Shown piece by piece: positions 48,336 to 58,381 of a stretch of DNA of 64,000 nucleotides. The stretch is from the NCBI GenBank assembly GCA_965222655.1, contig CBDCUP010000010.1, positions 372,848-436,847 of the forward strand, in the 5' to 3' direction. The position numbers and the translations under genes are program-made. Source of the DNA: Acidobacteriota bacterium. Lineage in GTDB: Bacteria; Acidobacteriota; UBA6911; RPQK01; JAJDTT01. Each line of letters begins with the position of its first letter. Position 1 is the first letter of the stretch. The notes below the pieces were generated by a model. The model saw only the letters and a program-made list of their open reading frames with translations. It was not told the DNA's origin and made no database searches.

Positions 48336-50366
48336 ATGGAAGGACTTCAGCTGCCTACGGCTAGCGCAGCGCCCGGAGCTCTCACCGCATCTTCGGACTG
48401 CCTGAGCCTGTATACCCTCTTTCATCTCAACCTGGCCTACTCATCAATCGAAGAGGAGCTTCGCCCCCAGGTCATCCAACGCTGCTATTGGCCACTGCTG
48501 GAGCTGACTCGACAGCTTCAGATTCCGTGTGGCATTGAGGCCTCGGGCTACACCCTCGAAGCAATCGCTGCCCTGGACCCTGGTTGGGTTGACGAGCTGA
48601 GAATTCTGACCACGGCGGGGTTGTGCGAATTCGTCGGCAGCGGCTACGCTCAGCTGATCGGTCCCCTGGTCCCCGAGAAAGTCAACGGTGTCAACCAACG
48701 TCTTGGCCGTGAGGTCTATGAACAGCTGTTGGGGTTTGCTCCCCGCCTCGCCCTGGTGAACGAGCAGGCCTACTCTGCCAGCATGGTGAGTCTTTACCAT
48801 CAAGCCGGGTACGAGGCCATCTTGATGGAGTGGGACAACCCGGCCTCCGCGCACCCAGAATGGGACCCCAGCTGGCACTACCTGCCCCAATTGGCGTGTG
48901 GACCAGGCGATGAGGAGATAGGTCTGATCTGGAACACCTCTATCGCCTTCCAGAAATTTCAACGTTACGTTCATTCCGAGATCGATCTGGACGAGTATCT
49001 GATCTATCTCCAGGGACACGCCGACCTCCATGCTGGGGCCTTCTTGCTTTACGGCAACGACGTGGAGATTTTTGACTTTCGGCCCGGTCGGTACCATACA
49101 GAGGCGCCTCTCAGCAGCAGCAGCAACGAGTGGACGCGAATATCCGAGCTGTTCCAGGTGTTGAAGCTAGACCCACGCTTCAGTTTCGCTTCACCCAGCC
49201 AGGTCCTGGACTTGATGGGAATGCCGGGATCCGGCAACCGACTCAGTCTGGAGTCGGCAGCCGAGCCGATTCCTGTCAAAAAGCAGAATAAATACAACAT
49301 TACCCGTTGGGCCGTCACGGGCCGAAACGATCTCGCAATCAACACGGCCTGCTGGCAATGCTATCGAGCTTTGGAAGAAAAGACTGCGCCCGGAGACGAT
49401 CTGTGGCGAGAGTTATGCTACCTGTGGAGCAGCGATTTCCGCACCCATATAAGCCCAAATCGTTGGGACAACTACGGCAAACGGCTTGCCGATTTCAAAC
49501 AAAGGCTCTCCATCCGAAAGCCGGCGAGGACCGATTCAGAAGAGAATACGTCCGCGACACACCCAAAGGCACGCCTTCCAGGAAGCATCATAGAAGAGCG
49601 GGGAAACCATATCATCATCCGCAGCGATCAGGTCCGGATTTCCCTGAATCGAAGGCGCGGTCTAGCCCTCGATCGTCTCGGATTCGGATCAGATGGTGAA
49701 AGCAATCTGGTTGGCACCCTCGCCCACGGTTACTACCAGGACATCGCCCTGGGATCGGACTGGTACAGCGGCCACGTGACCCTGGAGTGCTTCGGTCGCC
49801 CCAAGGTGACCGACCTTGAACCCGTAGAGCCGACGATCGAGGAATGTCCGGAGTGGGTGCAAGTCAAGGCAGAGGTTCCCACTCCTCTCGGTCCTGTTCG
49901 CAAGAGAATCAGGGTCTTCCTTGGAATTCCGAGGGTCGAGCTAAGCTACGACATCGATTGGCAAAAAGTTCCCATCGGGGCGCTGAGGATAGGCCACTTC
50001 ACCTTGAACCCTGAGGCTTTCGACCGTTCTCTGCTCTACTATCGGACTCATCTGGGGGGACGCGAAGAGGAAGAGTTCCATCTGAGCGGGACACAGGTGG
50101 ACCACACGGCTCCGGTTTCCTTCGGCGTCTCTGCACGCCATGCCGTCGGAATGACGGATGGTTCCGTCGAGTTCGGAGATGGCTCTGCCAAGCTGAGGTT
50201 GGAAGTCGACCAGGAGCAGGCGGCTCTGGTGGGAATGGTCATCTATCGGGAAGTAGACGATAGCTTCTTCTGTCGGCTGGCGCTCTCTGCTCAGGAAGTA
50301 GACGAAACCAGAAGGGGACGAACCGAAGTGTTAAGGATTCGGTCTACAATCGCGCTAAGCGCCTGA
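48336..50366 (+). CDS. Glycoside hydrolase family 57-like / polysaccharide-deacetylase-fold protein
   Basis: FHLNLAYSSI, CYWPLL, EASGYTLE, GSGYAQLIGPL, VNEQAYS, YGNDVEIF, WSSDFRTHI. Confidence 0.68.
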   Translation: MEGLQLPTASAAPGALTASSDCLSLYTLFHLNLAYSSIEEELRPQVIQRCYWPLLELTRQLQIPCGIEASGYTLEAIAALDPGWVDELRILTTAGLCEFVGSGYAQLIGPLVPEKVNGVNQRLGREVYEQLLGFAPRLALVNEQAYSASMVSLYHQAGYEAILMEWDNPASAHPEWDPSWHYLPQLACGPGDEEIGLIWNTSIAFQKFQRYVHSEIDLDEYLIYLQGHADLHAGAFLLYGNDVEIFDFRPGRYHTEAPLSSSSNEWTRISELFQVLKLDPRFSFASPSQVLDLMGMPGSGNRLSLESAAEPIPVKKQNKYNITRWAVTGRNDLAINTACWQCYRALEEKTAPGDDLWRELCYLWSSDFRTHISPNRWDNYGKRLADFKQRLSIRKPARTDSEENTSATHPKARLPGSIIEERGNHIIIRSDQVRISLNRRRGLALDRLGFGSDGESNLVGTLAHGYYQDIALGSDWYSGHVTLECFGRPKVTDLEPVEPTIEECPEWVQVKAEVPTPLGPVRKRIRVFLGIPRVELSYDIDWQKVPIGALRIGHFTLNPEAFDRSLLYYRTHLGGREEEEFHLSGTQVDHTAPVSFGVSARHAVGMTDGSVEFGDGSAKLRLEVDQEQAALVGMVIYREVDDSFFCRLALSAQEVDETRRGRTEVLRIRSTIALSA

Positions 50367-50401
50367 TTCACCACTTTCCGACCCCAAGACGTCGGCTTCG
50401 A

Positions 50402-51415
50402 TCAGGCCGCCTGGGAATGAAGGCCGGTGCCCTCGTCGCACCTCGATGACTGACCGTCCTCTATCAACCTCTTACTCACCGAGTCGAGCAGGCAGTCAAG
50501 CTCGTCAGGATCGCTAACCTGCACCAGGCGTTTCTGCAGATTCTCCAGGTTGGAGTACTGCTTCAAGTAGCGCGTGATGTGCTTTCGAATCAGGATAAGA
50601 GACGTGCTCTGGCCGTAGAAATCGGACATCCGCTTGAAGTGTCTTCGGATGAAATTGGCCTTCTCGGTGAAATCGACCTGGGATCGATCACGCCGCCCAA
50701 AGATCCAGGGGTTTCCCATCGCACCCCGCCCAATCATTACTGCCGTACATCCGGTGTGACGCTTTATCCGATCGATGTCTGCCACGCAGCGAACGTCTCC
50801 ATTGCCGATCACAGGCACTGTGGCGATCTCCACAACGCGGGCAATAGCGTCCCAGTCGGCCTGGCCACTGTAGGCTTGCGTCTTCGTCCGAGCATGGATC
50901 GCCACCAGGCTGGCACCGTTATCTTGCAGGGCGCGCACAACGTCCAGGTAGTTACGCGAGTCGTCGTCCCAACCGAGCCGAATCTTGCCGCTGACCGGAA
51001 TCGTCAATGTGCTGGAAAGACGCGAGAAGATTCGGCCGATTTTTCGGGGATCTCGAAGCAATCCAGCCCCGGCTCCGCGGCCACTCACCTTGCGTACTGA
51101 GCAGCCCATATTGAGGTCGACAGCGTCGGGGCCTAGCGCCTCGATTCGCCTGGCCACCTCGACGATTCGATCTTCCTCGCCGTCAAAAATCTGAAAGGTG
51201 ACCGGGCGCTCCTCGGGACGATAGGAAAGCATCTGAAGCGTTCTCTCTCGAGGGCCTGCCAGATAAGCAGCGGCCGAGACAAACTCGGTATAGCTCATCG
51301 CCGATCCGTATTCCCTGCAGAGAGATCGATAAGGAAGATCGCTGAAACCTGCCATCGGCGACAGGACGAGATCTCCGTAGACAGGTATCTCTCTGACCCG
51401 GAATGTGGGCGCCAT
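50402..51415 (-). CDS. dusB: tRNA-dihydrouridine synthase (DusB-like)
   Basis: LSPMAGFSDLPYR, DLNMGC, GAGLL, KIRLGW, IHART, VIGNGDV, VMIGRGAMGNPWIF. ATG at 51415. Confidence 0.86.
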   Translation of the reverse strand: MAPTFRVREIPVYGDLVLSPMAGFSDLPYRSLCREYGSAMSYTEFVSAAAYLAGPRERTLQMLSYRPEERPVTFQIFDGEEDRIVEVARRIEALGPDAVDLNMGCSVRKVSGRGAGAGLLRDPRKIGRIFSRLSSTLTIPVSGKIRLGWDDDSRNYLDVVRALQDNGASLVAIHARTKTQAYSGQADWDAIARVVEIATVPVIGNGDVRCVADIDRIKRHTGCTAVMIGRGAMGNPWIFGRRDRSQVDFTEKANFIRRHFKRMSDFYGQSTSLILIRKHITRYLKQYSNLENLQKRLVQVSDPDELDCLLDSVSKRLIEDGQSSRCDEGTGLHSQAA

Positions 51416-51563
51416 AGTGCGGCCTCGGCGGAGGTGACTACCAGCATTCATCTCAATAGCATAGGACCTGGGGGTGGGACTTCGCAACCTAACGAAACCA
51501 GGCTGAGCCTTCATTGGCGAGGAGATCATGCAAGAGACACGAACTGACCGAGACGGATCCTGC

Positions 51564-51621
51564 GTAGGATGGGCACTCTTGCCCGTCACTGTTTCTCGAC
51601 GGGCAGGAGTGCCCATCCTAC
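51564..51621. repeat. GTAG-type REP doublet (REPIN)
   Basis: GTAGgatgggcactcttgcccgtc-N10-gacgggcaggagtgcccatcCTAC; 24-bp arms, 1 mismatch. Confidence 0.85.
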
Positions 51622-51737
51622 AACGGACACAGTGCCATCGATCTTCGTGGCTCGAGACAACCAGAATTTCTTTTTCGAATGGGGCCGGCCCGGCTGGGGA
51701 CCGCATGGACCTGAAACTTCTACGATCGACGTGAGGT

Positions 51738-51971
51738 CTATTTTCCCTTTTTCTTCAACCGTGCGAGGAGCTCGGAAGAAGGGACAGCTGACTTGCTTGC
51801 CAGTTGATTCTGGCTGACGATGGCTTCGTAGATTTCATGGCGATGAACGGGGATCTCGCGAGGCGCATTGATTCCAATGCGGATCTGGTCTCGATTGATC
51901 GAGAGTACGGTCACCCGGATGTTGTCCGAGATAACCAGACTCTCACCAACCTTGCGAGTGAAGACGAGCAT
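51738..51971 (-). CDS. csrA: Carbon storage regulator
   Basis: MLVFTRKVGESLVI...IRIGINAPREIPVHRHEIY, with a C-terminal extension. Confidence 0.95.
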   Translation of the reverse strand: MLVFTRKVGESLVISDNIRVTVLSINRDQIRIGINAPREIPVHRHEIYEAIVSQNQLASKSAVPSSELLARLKKKGK

Positions 51972-52409
51972 TCACCAAGTTTCCATAAGGGGGCGCTCGA
52001 TCGGGTAACCCTGTCCAAGCAGAACAATCTGGGCTGCCTTGCTGTTGTCGGAGTTGACGACCACAGGCGCCAACAGATTCATGGTCGCTTTCAGGGCATC
52101 CTCCGATACCGTTACGACACACCAGATAAGCAGATCCGAGTCGTCTTTGAGCTCCAGGGTACTCTTCTGATCCGCCGTCAATTCTACCTCGTAGTCGGGT
52201 TCCAATACCAGTGGATCGACCACAGGAAAGGAGATTTCCGGTTGCTCGATTGACTGCAGGAATCTAAGCGGCTCGCAGGCTTTTGTATCGATCAGGAGAA
52301 AGCGGCGCAGTTGCTCAAACCCTGGCATTCCCCCCGGGAACAAGATCACGTCCTCATCCCTGAAATCAACCGTTCCAAAATTGGTGGTGGCTAGGCTAGT
52401 AGGCATCAA
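51972..52409 (-). CDS. fliW: Flagellar assembly factor / CsrA antagonist
   Basis: FPGGMPGFE, FLQSIEQPEISF, TMNLLAPVVVN, AQIVL; adjacent to csrA. Confidence 0.9.
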   Translation of the reverse strand: MMPTSLATTNFGTVDFRDEDVILFPGGMPGFEQLRRFLLIDTKACEPLRFLQSIEQPEISFPVVDPLVLEPDYEVELTADQKSTLELKDDSDLLIWCVVTVSEDALKATMNLLAPVVVNSDNSKAAQIVLLGQGYPIERPLMETW

Positions 52410-53293
52410 CCCAGAATATCGAAGAGGGTCGATTGGTTCAGTCGAGCTCCGACCGCCATGGAGGCCCTCAAGGCCGTCTCGTCCTGCAGAAGCTGGGAAA
52501 TAGAGTTCGCAATATCGGCATCCTCCAGATGAGAGGCCTCCTTTGTCAGCGCCAGTCGTTCCTCAGCATGCCGACTATTGGCATCCTCGACCTGATTCAA
52601 GGTCTGGGCGACCTTCACCCGAGCAGCATCCACATGTTCCGCAGCGGCGGTCAGCTTTGGCAGAAGGGCCAGGACTGCGTCGGCATCCGACGCCCTGAGG
52701 TTGCTGGCCACTGCGGCGACGGTGTTAAGGAGATCGGAGTCTGTTTCAGTGAAAACGGCGGACCCCACAATGTTGGAATTCACACTGAGGCTATCGGCAA
52801 TCTCAATCGGGTGGACATACCCGTCACCCTCGTAAGTATAGGTCGATCCCGAAAGAACGAAGGGCTGGGTGAGAACCTCACTGCCTGCAAAAATCCGCTC
52901 GCCGTCGACCGAGGTATTCCCGATGAATACCATGTTCTCGAGAATCTGTTCGATCTCGGTGGCAATGGCGTCCTGCTCCTGTGGAGAACGGATTCCGTTG
53001 ATGCCCTGATTCGCCTTTTCGGTGACAGTGTTGATCAAGTTTCTTAGTGAGTTGAGACTACCGGAAGTAGTCCCCATCTTGACTTCAACCCGCTGGGCGT
53101 TCCTCGAGTGCTGATTGATCCGAGCCATACTGTCACGCAGACGCAGCAACCGCGCAGTTCCCACCGGGTCCTGGGAGGGCCTGGTGATTTTCTTGCCCGA
53201 GCTGACCTCGTTGCTCCGTCTTGCAACCCGCTCACGAACCTGCTCCAGGTTCGTCAGGAAGTTGCGAATCATGCTGTTATCAGAAACTCTCAT
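52406..53293 (-). CDS. flgL: Hook-filament junction protein
   Basis: MRVSD, SSGKKITRPSQDPVG, IFAG, LEDADIA. Confidence 0.9.
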   Translation of the reverse strand: MRVSDNSMIRNFLTNLEQVRERVARRSNEVSSGKKITRPSQDPVGTARLLRLRDSMARINQHSRNAQRVEVKMGTTSGSLNSLRNLINTVTEKANQGINGIRSPQEQDAIATEIEQILENMVFIGNTSVDGERIFAGSEVLTQPFVLSGSTYTYEGDGYVHPIEIADSLSVNSNIVGSAVFTETDSDLLNTVAAVASNLRASDADAVLALLPKLTAAAEHVDAARVKVAQTLNQVEDANSRHAEERLALTKEASHLEDADIANSISQLLQDETALRASMAVGARLNQSTLFDILG

Positions 53294-53303
53294 TTCCCAT
53301 CCA

Positions 53304-54680
53304 TTATCTGATTAAGTTCATGGTCTCGGCCAGCAACTCGTCCAGGGTTCTTATCACCCTGGCCGTAGCTTGAAAGGAGCGTTGATACTGAATCATGTTG
53401 ACCGCTTCCTCGTCGAGAGAGACTCCCGAAAAGGAGTCCCGCTGATTCTCCAGCTGGGTGAGAACGCGATCTTGCCCTGCCATGTCTTCTTGAACCTCTC
53501 GCGCCGCTAGACCTGCGTCGAAAACCAGTTCGGAGAAGAACTCGCTGAAGGTCCGGTCGCCCAATTCTGTCAGACTGCTACCGCGGAGATCCGCGATCTG
53601 CTGAGCGACCACTCCATTGCCTGGACCGGATCCGATCGCTCCAGCCGCAACCATAGCCGGCTCCAGCGCGGGATTGACCGCCAAGGTGGAGGCCTCGCTT
53701 CCAACTACGGGAACGTTGAAAAAATTACGGCCGCTGATATCGTCCAGCCCCTCACCGCTTTGGTGCAGTGTATTGACTTTGTCAGCCAAAGTCGCGGCCA
53801 AGGTGTTCAATTCACCTCGAAAGCTCGGAAAAACTTGAGATTGCAATTCAAGCGTGCCTCCCAGCCTTCCCTCGTTGACGCTGGAAGTAATATCCACTCC
53901 ATCAACCGCTAGAGTGAACGCTCCCGAGGTCTCATCCAGCTCGATTGTATGCGCCGTGTGACCGTGCATAAGGAGCCGGCCTGTCCCGACGGTCGTGACA
54001 TGCAGACCCTGATCGGTCTGATAGTAGTGAAAGTCAATCTCTTCAGCCAACTGACGTAAGAGCTGTTCCTGTCGGTCTTGAAGAGGTCCCGCATCTGTCT
54101 CCTGACGTCGCAGAGACGTCACCTCTGCATCGACCTTGGCGAGTTGCTTGAGAATTGAATTAGCGTGAGAGACCGAGTTGCGAGCTTCAGCCCGGTTGTT
54201 CAACTCGAGTGAGGCAAGTGCCTGCGCTGTATTGTTGATCACGTCGGCAGTTCGCTGTCCCTCTGCCAGTACTGACTGTCGAAACTCGACCGAAGAGGGA
54301 TTCGACTCGAGCTCCAGAAAACTATCGAAGAATCGGGAAATCTGTTGGGAAACGCCGGACCCCTCGGATCCATACAGGACGGTTTCAATCTGCTCCAGGG
54401 TGAACCTTTGCCCATTCAGGTTTCCTCTCCTCTGGAGTTCACCCAGAATGCGGGTCTCGATGAGACTGTTCCGAGTGGAGGTAATCCGGTCAATTTCCAC
54501 CCCACTTCCCAGGACACCAAAAGAGAAAGTTGCCACCTGAGAACTTTCAAAAACAGGTCGCCGGCGACTGTAACCTGGTGTGTTGACGTTGGCGACGTTC
54601 TCACTCACCACCGACAGAGCCGCTTCCAGGCTTGCAAGAGTCCTTGCGCCAGCCCTTAAACCGTCAAATAAGCCACTCAT
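53304..54680 (-). CDS. flgK: Hook-associated protein 1
   Basis: ENVANVNTPGYSR, GSGV, SGVSLDEEAVNMIQYQRSFQA. Confidence 0.93.
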   Translation of the reverse strand: MSGLFDGLRAGARTLASLEAALSVVSENVANVNTPGYSRRRPVFESSQVATFSFGVLGSGVEIDRITSTRNSLIETRILGELQRRGNLNGQRFTLEQIETVLYGSEGSGVSQQISRFFDSFLELESNPSSVEFRQSVLAEGQRTADVINNTAQALASLELNNRAEARNSVSHANSILKQLAKVDAEVTSLRRQETDAGPLQDRQEQLLRQLAEEIDFHYYQTDQGLHVTTVGTGRLLMHGHTAHTIELDETSGAFTLAVDGVDITSSVNEGRLGGTLELQSQVFPSFRGELNTLAATLADKVNTLHQSGEGLDDISGRNFFNVPVVGSEASTLAVNPALEPAMVAAGAIGSGPGNGVVAQQIADLRGSSLTELGDRTFSEFFSELVFDAGLAAREVQEDMAGQDRVLTQLENQRDSFSGVSLDEEAVNMIQYQRSFQATARVIRTLDELLAETMNLIR

Positions 54681-54699
54681 TGCTTGAGACTCGAATAGT

Positions 54700-55158
54700 T
54701 CAGCACGCGAAATTGGTCCGTGTTACGCCTTCTGTATTGGGACTCAACTGGCCTTCTCCGTCATAGCTTGCGACGTTCCGAAAAATCTCTTGGAGCAGAC
54801 CTTGGGCGAAGGAAAATGAGCCATAGATATAGCGATAGTTCCGCAGGTTGACACGAAGCAGCCCCCGGATAGCAGCCTCCAGGCGCCGCCGTAGGGTTCG
54901 GGCTTCCACTCGACGCTCCCCTTCCAGTCCCCGAATCCATTGGGAGACAGAGGTGTCACCCAAAAGGGCCCTGATCCGGTCCTCGGTGTTCCGGATGGCA
55001 TGAGTCAGCGGAGTCTCTGGATCGGTCTTTTCCTGGGAGTCCAAACCTACCTGCGAAAGCCCTTCAAACCGCAAGACTTGCGTCTCGAGGAGCTTTTCAT
55101 AGAGGTTCACCTCTTGCTCGAGAAGGTCTGCGACGTCTTGGAACTCCATGCTGGTCAT
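54700..55158 (-). CDS. flgN: Flagellar export chaperone FlgN-like
   Basis: Helical, ends with SYDGEG; lies between flgM and flgK. Confidence 0.65.
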   Translation of the reverse strand: MTSMEFQDVADLLEQEVNLYEKLLETQVLRFEGLSQVGLDSQEKTDPETPLTHAIRNTEDRIRALLGDTSVSQWIRGLEGERRVEARTLRRRLEAAIRGLLRVNLRNYRYIYGSFSFAQGLLQEIFRNVASYDGEGQLSPNTEGVTRTNFAC

Positions 55159-55337
55159 ACTCGGATGTCCAGGTTCAAAGCGGAAGGAGCTTCGGGCGCC
55201 TGGCCAGGCGCCTGTTTGGGGCGCTCATTCCGCAGGGGGAACGGCGGCTGGGACTTGCGCCTCCTCTTCCGTTTGGAGGAACTGGTTCGCTCGACGCGGA
55301 CCCAGGGGGTTTGAATGACAGAACTGCGCTCCAGCAT
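55155..55337 (-). CDS. Small basic hypothetical protein (60 aa)
   Basis: GGAGG SD 7 nt upstream; TGA overlaps the flgN ATG; KRKRRRK tract. Confidence 0.45.
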   Translation of the reverse strand: MLERSSVIQTPWVRVERTSSSKRKRRRKSQPPFPLRNERPKQAPGQAPEAPSALNLDIRV

Positions 55338-55409
55338 CTTGCACCTCCCAAGTTGGAGGGATCACTGTTGGAGCGGCGTGCGCCCCTCAGCTACCCCGGG
55401 AAAGCGCGC

Positions 55410-55712
55410 TCAAGCCTGCTCGTCGACAATACCGCCCTTGATCATCGACTCGGCGACTACATCAGCCTTGATATCGTAGGTCCCTGCTTTCAGCTTTTCC
55501 GAGATTGCGTGAACACGCTCGGAACGCACCTCAGGGGCCTCGCGTACCTTCTGCTGATAAGTCTCGAGTTGCCGGCTCGAGGCAGAAAACTCCAGTCGGT
55601 CTCCGACCTGATTCAGCTCCTGAACTTTCTTGGATTGTTCCTGAGCCGAGTTCTCGGTCTGGCCGACGTGCAGCTTAGAATCAATAAATGGATTGCTTCC
55701 GTCGATCTTCAT
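55410..55712 (-). CDS. flgM: Anti-sigma28 factor
   Basis: DRLEFS...APEVRSERVHAISEKLKAGTYDIKADVVAESM. Confidence 0.9.
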   Translation of the reverse strand: MKIDGSNPFIDSKLHVGQTENSAQEQSKKVQELNQVGDRLEFSASSRQLETYQQKVREAPEVRSERVHAISEKLKAGTYDIKADVVAESMIKGGIVDEQA

Positions 55713-55744
55713 AAGCCCTTACCTTCCACCTTTCATAACCAGAC

Positions 55745-55771
55745 TTATCGGACCTCACCCAAAGAACTTTA
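55745..55771 (-). promoter_or_regulatory. sigma28 promoter of flgM
   Basis: On the minus strand TAAAGTTC-N11-TCCGATAA. Confidence 0.75.
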
Positions 55772-55791
55772 CCCCGAATTTGTGATCAGGG

Positions 55792-56508
55792 TCACATTTT
55801 CACAAATTGTTCTATTTTTTGCGGTTGACTTGTCAAAGGATGCACCAGCTGGCCTCCTTTTTCCATTTCTATATGCAAGTGGGGCCCGGTCGCTCTTCCT
55901 GTCTGGCCCACCCGACCCAAAACCTGGTTGGAAGCCACCTCCTCGCCGGTTTGGACCAGTGCCTCCTTAAGGTGAGCGTAGCGGACGCGCGTGCCTTCGG
56001 GGTCTTCAACGATGACCGTATTCCCATACCCTTGCCGCCACCCCGAGAAAACAACCTTCCCACTTCCCAGAGACGGTACCGGGGTTCCTTCGGGCGCAGC
56101 CAGATCTACCCCCTTGTGATATCGCTGTTCCCCATTTATTGGATCGCGACGCCAACCCATATCGGAGACCGGACGGTAGGGACTCTCAGTCGCTGCTGGG
56201 GTTTCCACTGGGCTCCCGTTTTTCCGACCGATCTGAGATTCAAGCAAGTCCGCAATTCCCAGACTCTGCTTGCTCGCCAGGGAGCGAGCCAGCTGATGAT
56301 CCATCATCTCCATGTAGGTCTCATGTCCGGATTCCTTGGGAAACAGGCCTCCGCTTTCCACACTTTGCCGCATGGTCTTCAACATATAGGCCAGCAGAAG
56401 AGCCTCGAATTCCTGGGCGACCTCTGGAATAGTACGCCCATTTCGAATACTCGCCAAAGAATCGCCCATCAGGGGCTGGACAAAAGCGCTGCTAATCGAT
56501 TCCGTCAT
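55792..56508 (-). CDS. flgJ: FlgJ-like rod-binding domain fused to an M23 peptidase
   Basis: VAQEFEALLLAYMLKTMR (rod-binding); HKGVD (HxxxD), GYGNTV, YAHL, ATGPHLH (HxH). Confidence 0.8.
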   Translation of the reverse strand: MTESISSAFVQPLMGDSLASIRNGRTIPEVAQEFEALLLAYMLKTMRQSVESGGLFPKESGHETYMEMMDHQLARSLASKQSLGIADLLESQIGRKNGSPVETPAATESPYRPVSDMGWRRDPINGEQRYHKGVDLAAPEGTPVPSLGSGKVVFSGWRQGYGNTVIVEDPEGTRVRYAHLKEALVQTGEEVASNQVLGRVGQTGRATGPHLHIEMEKGGQLVHPLTSQPQKIEQFVKM

Positions 56509-56510
56509 GT

Positions 56511-57614
56511 TCAGATAATCTCCAATGTCGCCTGCACGGCACCCGCGGCCTTGACCGCCTGTATGATCGCAAAGATGTCTCGAGGGGTCGCTCCTATCGC
56601 ATTGAGTGCCCGCACCACTTCATCGATGGTGGCACCATCCTCTATTATCATCTGCTTGGCTGGCTCCTCGGTCACCTCGACTGTCTGATTGGGTACGACG
56701 GCGGTCTCTCCGCCCGAGAATGGGGACGGTTGAGAAATCGCGAACTGGGTGCCGATCTGGACGGCCAATGCCCCATGCACGATGGCCACAGCCGAGATTC
56801 GGACCTCCTTGCCAAAAATGATCGTGCCCGTCTTTTCGTTCAGAACGATCTTGGCAATGCGGTCCACCTCCAGAGTCTGGTTTTCGATCGTAGCGATAAA
56901 GGGGACGATGTCGGACCGGTATTTTTCCGGCACTTTGACTTCGACGGCTTTGCTGTCGAGCGGTCGAGCGATACCAGTGACCACCTCCCGGTTGATTACA
57001 TCAGCCAATCGGCTGGCCGTCGTAAAATCACCTTCGTTGAGAACCAGATTGAGCACGGCTCTACCCTGCAGCGAGAAATCGACCTCCTGTTCCACGGTCC
57101 CCCCTCCCGGCACTCGACCCACGGTGGGCTGATTTTTCTGCACAGAGGAGGTTGCCGTCTTAGCGGAGAAACCACCGATCGAAACAGCTCCCTGGGCGAG
57201 CACATAGGGCCGTCCGTCGCGTGCCGCCAATTCTGTCATGAGGAGCATTCCCCCCTGCAGGCTGTCGGCGTCACCGATGGAAGACGCAGTGACATCGATT
57301 CGGCTACCGGTACGAGCGAAAGCAGGGAGAGAGGCTGTCACCATGACGGCGGCTGTGTTGGTGACCTGGATCGAACGCGCAGGGACGGTGATTCCCTGCC
57401 GATTCAGGAGATTGGTGAGCGTCTGAGTTGTAAAAAAGGTCTGCCGGCTGTCACCGGTTCCATCCAGACCGACAACCAGACCATAGCCTATCAGCATGTT
57501 CTCACGAACACCTTGAAACCGGGCCACGTCCTTGATTCTGGAGGACTCTCCCCAGAGACTAGCGGTCAGGAGCAATGCGCCGACAACCATGGAAAGGCAG
57601 AGGGGCTTTCTCAT
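56511..57614 (-). CDS. flgI: Flagellar P-ring protein
   Basis: RIKDVA, GYGLVVGLDGTGD, AAVMVTA, DADSLQGG, VLNEKTGTI, LNAIGATPRD. Confidence 0.95.
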   Translation of the reverse strand: MRKPLCLSMVVGALLLTASLWGESSRIKDVARFQGVRENMLIGYGLVVGLDGTGDSRQTFFTTQTLTNLLNRQGITVPARSIQVTNTAAVMVTASLPAFARTGSRIDVTASSIGDADSLQGGMLLMTELAARDGRPYVLAQGAVSIGGFSAKTATSSVQKNQPTVGRVPGGGTVEQEVDFSLQGRAVLNLVLNEGDFTTASRLADVINREVVTGIARPLDSKAVEVKVPEKYRSDIVPFIATIENQTLEVDRIAKIVLNEKTGTIIFGKEVRISAVAIVHGALAVQIGTQFAISQPSPFSGGETAVVPNQTVEVTEEPAKQMIIEDGATIDEVVRALNAIGATPRDIFAIIQAVKAAGAVQATLEII

Positions 57615-57700
57615 TGACTACTTCCAGCAGAGGCCGCAGAGCCGCTCTTGACGGGAGGCGACGTTGGGACGTTCATGGTTTGGCAGTGTTCCACGTCAAT

Positions 57701-58381
57701 CTAGAAAGGCCAGACTCCGGACAGCACACGAAAAAGCACTCCAGGTTTCTGAGCTTCCGACACGGTACCCCTTCCCAGAACCCGGATCTCCAGTTCAGCC
57801 AGCTCCGTCGACAAGATCGCGTTGTTTGGGGAAATGTCTTGAGGACGGGCGATACCCCTGACAACTACCATCTGTCTTTCGTCGTTGATCTCAATCTCAC
57901 GGTTGCCTTCGAGCAGAAGCGAGGCGTTGGGAAACACTTCAACTACTCGAGCGGCGATGCTGGTGCGCAAGACACTTCTTCTTGTGGTCGAGGCGTCCCC
58001 GCTGAAGTCGCGCGTCCGAGATCCACCAGCGAGGTTCGGCAGCTCGGAAACCAACTTCTCAAGCCCGTAGAGATTAGGAAACTTAGAGTCGATGTTCTCA
58101 GCTCTGGAGCTTTCTGTCGTGGCCTCGGCCAGTGCACTCGTCTCTTCGAACACTTGGATCGTCACGATATCGGCTAGACGACTCGCCCTGAGATCTCGAA
58201 ATCCTCCGGCCAGAGAAGAAGTTTCCGAATACAGGGATCCTTGTGCCTGCCGGTTATCGCTAGGCAAAGATCTCGCCTGACGGACATACTCCGAGAGTGT
58301 ATCTCCGGATCCGGACTTCTTGGCTGATCCCCCACATCCGGCCACAGTCAGTAGAAACATAAGAAGCAAAAGGACGTTCAT
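57701..58381 (-). CDS. flgH: Flagellar L-ring lipoprotein
   Basis: Lipobox VAGC; IVTIQVFE, PNASLLLEG, VRGIARPQDISPNN. Confidence 0.92.
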   Translation of the reverse strand: MNVLLLLMFLLTVAGCGGSAKKSGSGDTLSEYVRQARSLPSDNRQAQGSLYSETSSLAGGFRDLRASRLADIVTIQVFEETSALAEATTESSRAENIDSKFPNLYGLEKLVSELPNLAGGSRTRDFSGDASTTRRSVLRTSIAARVVEVFPNASLLLEGNREIEINDERQMVVVRGIARPQDISPNNAILSTELAELEIRVLGRGTVSEAQKPGVLFRVLSGVWPF

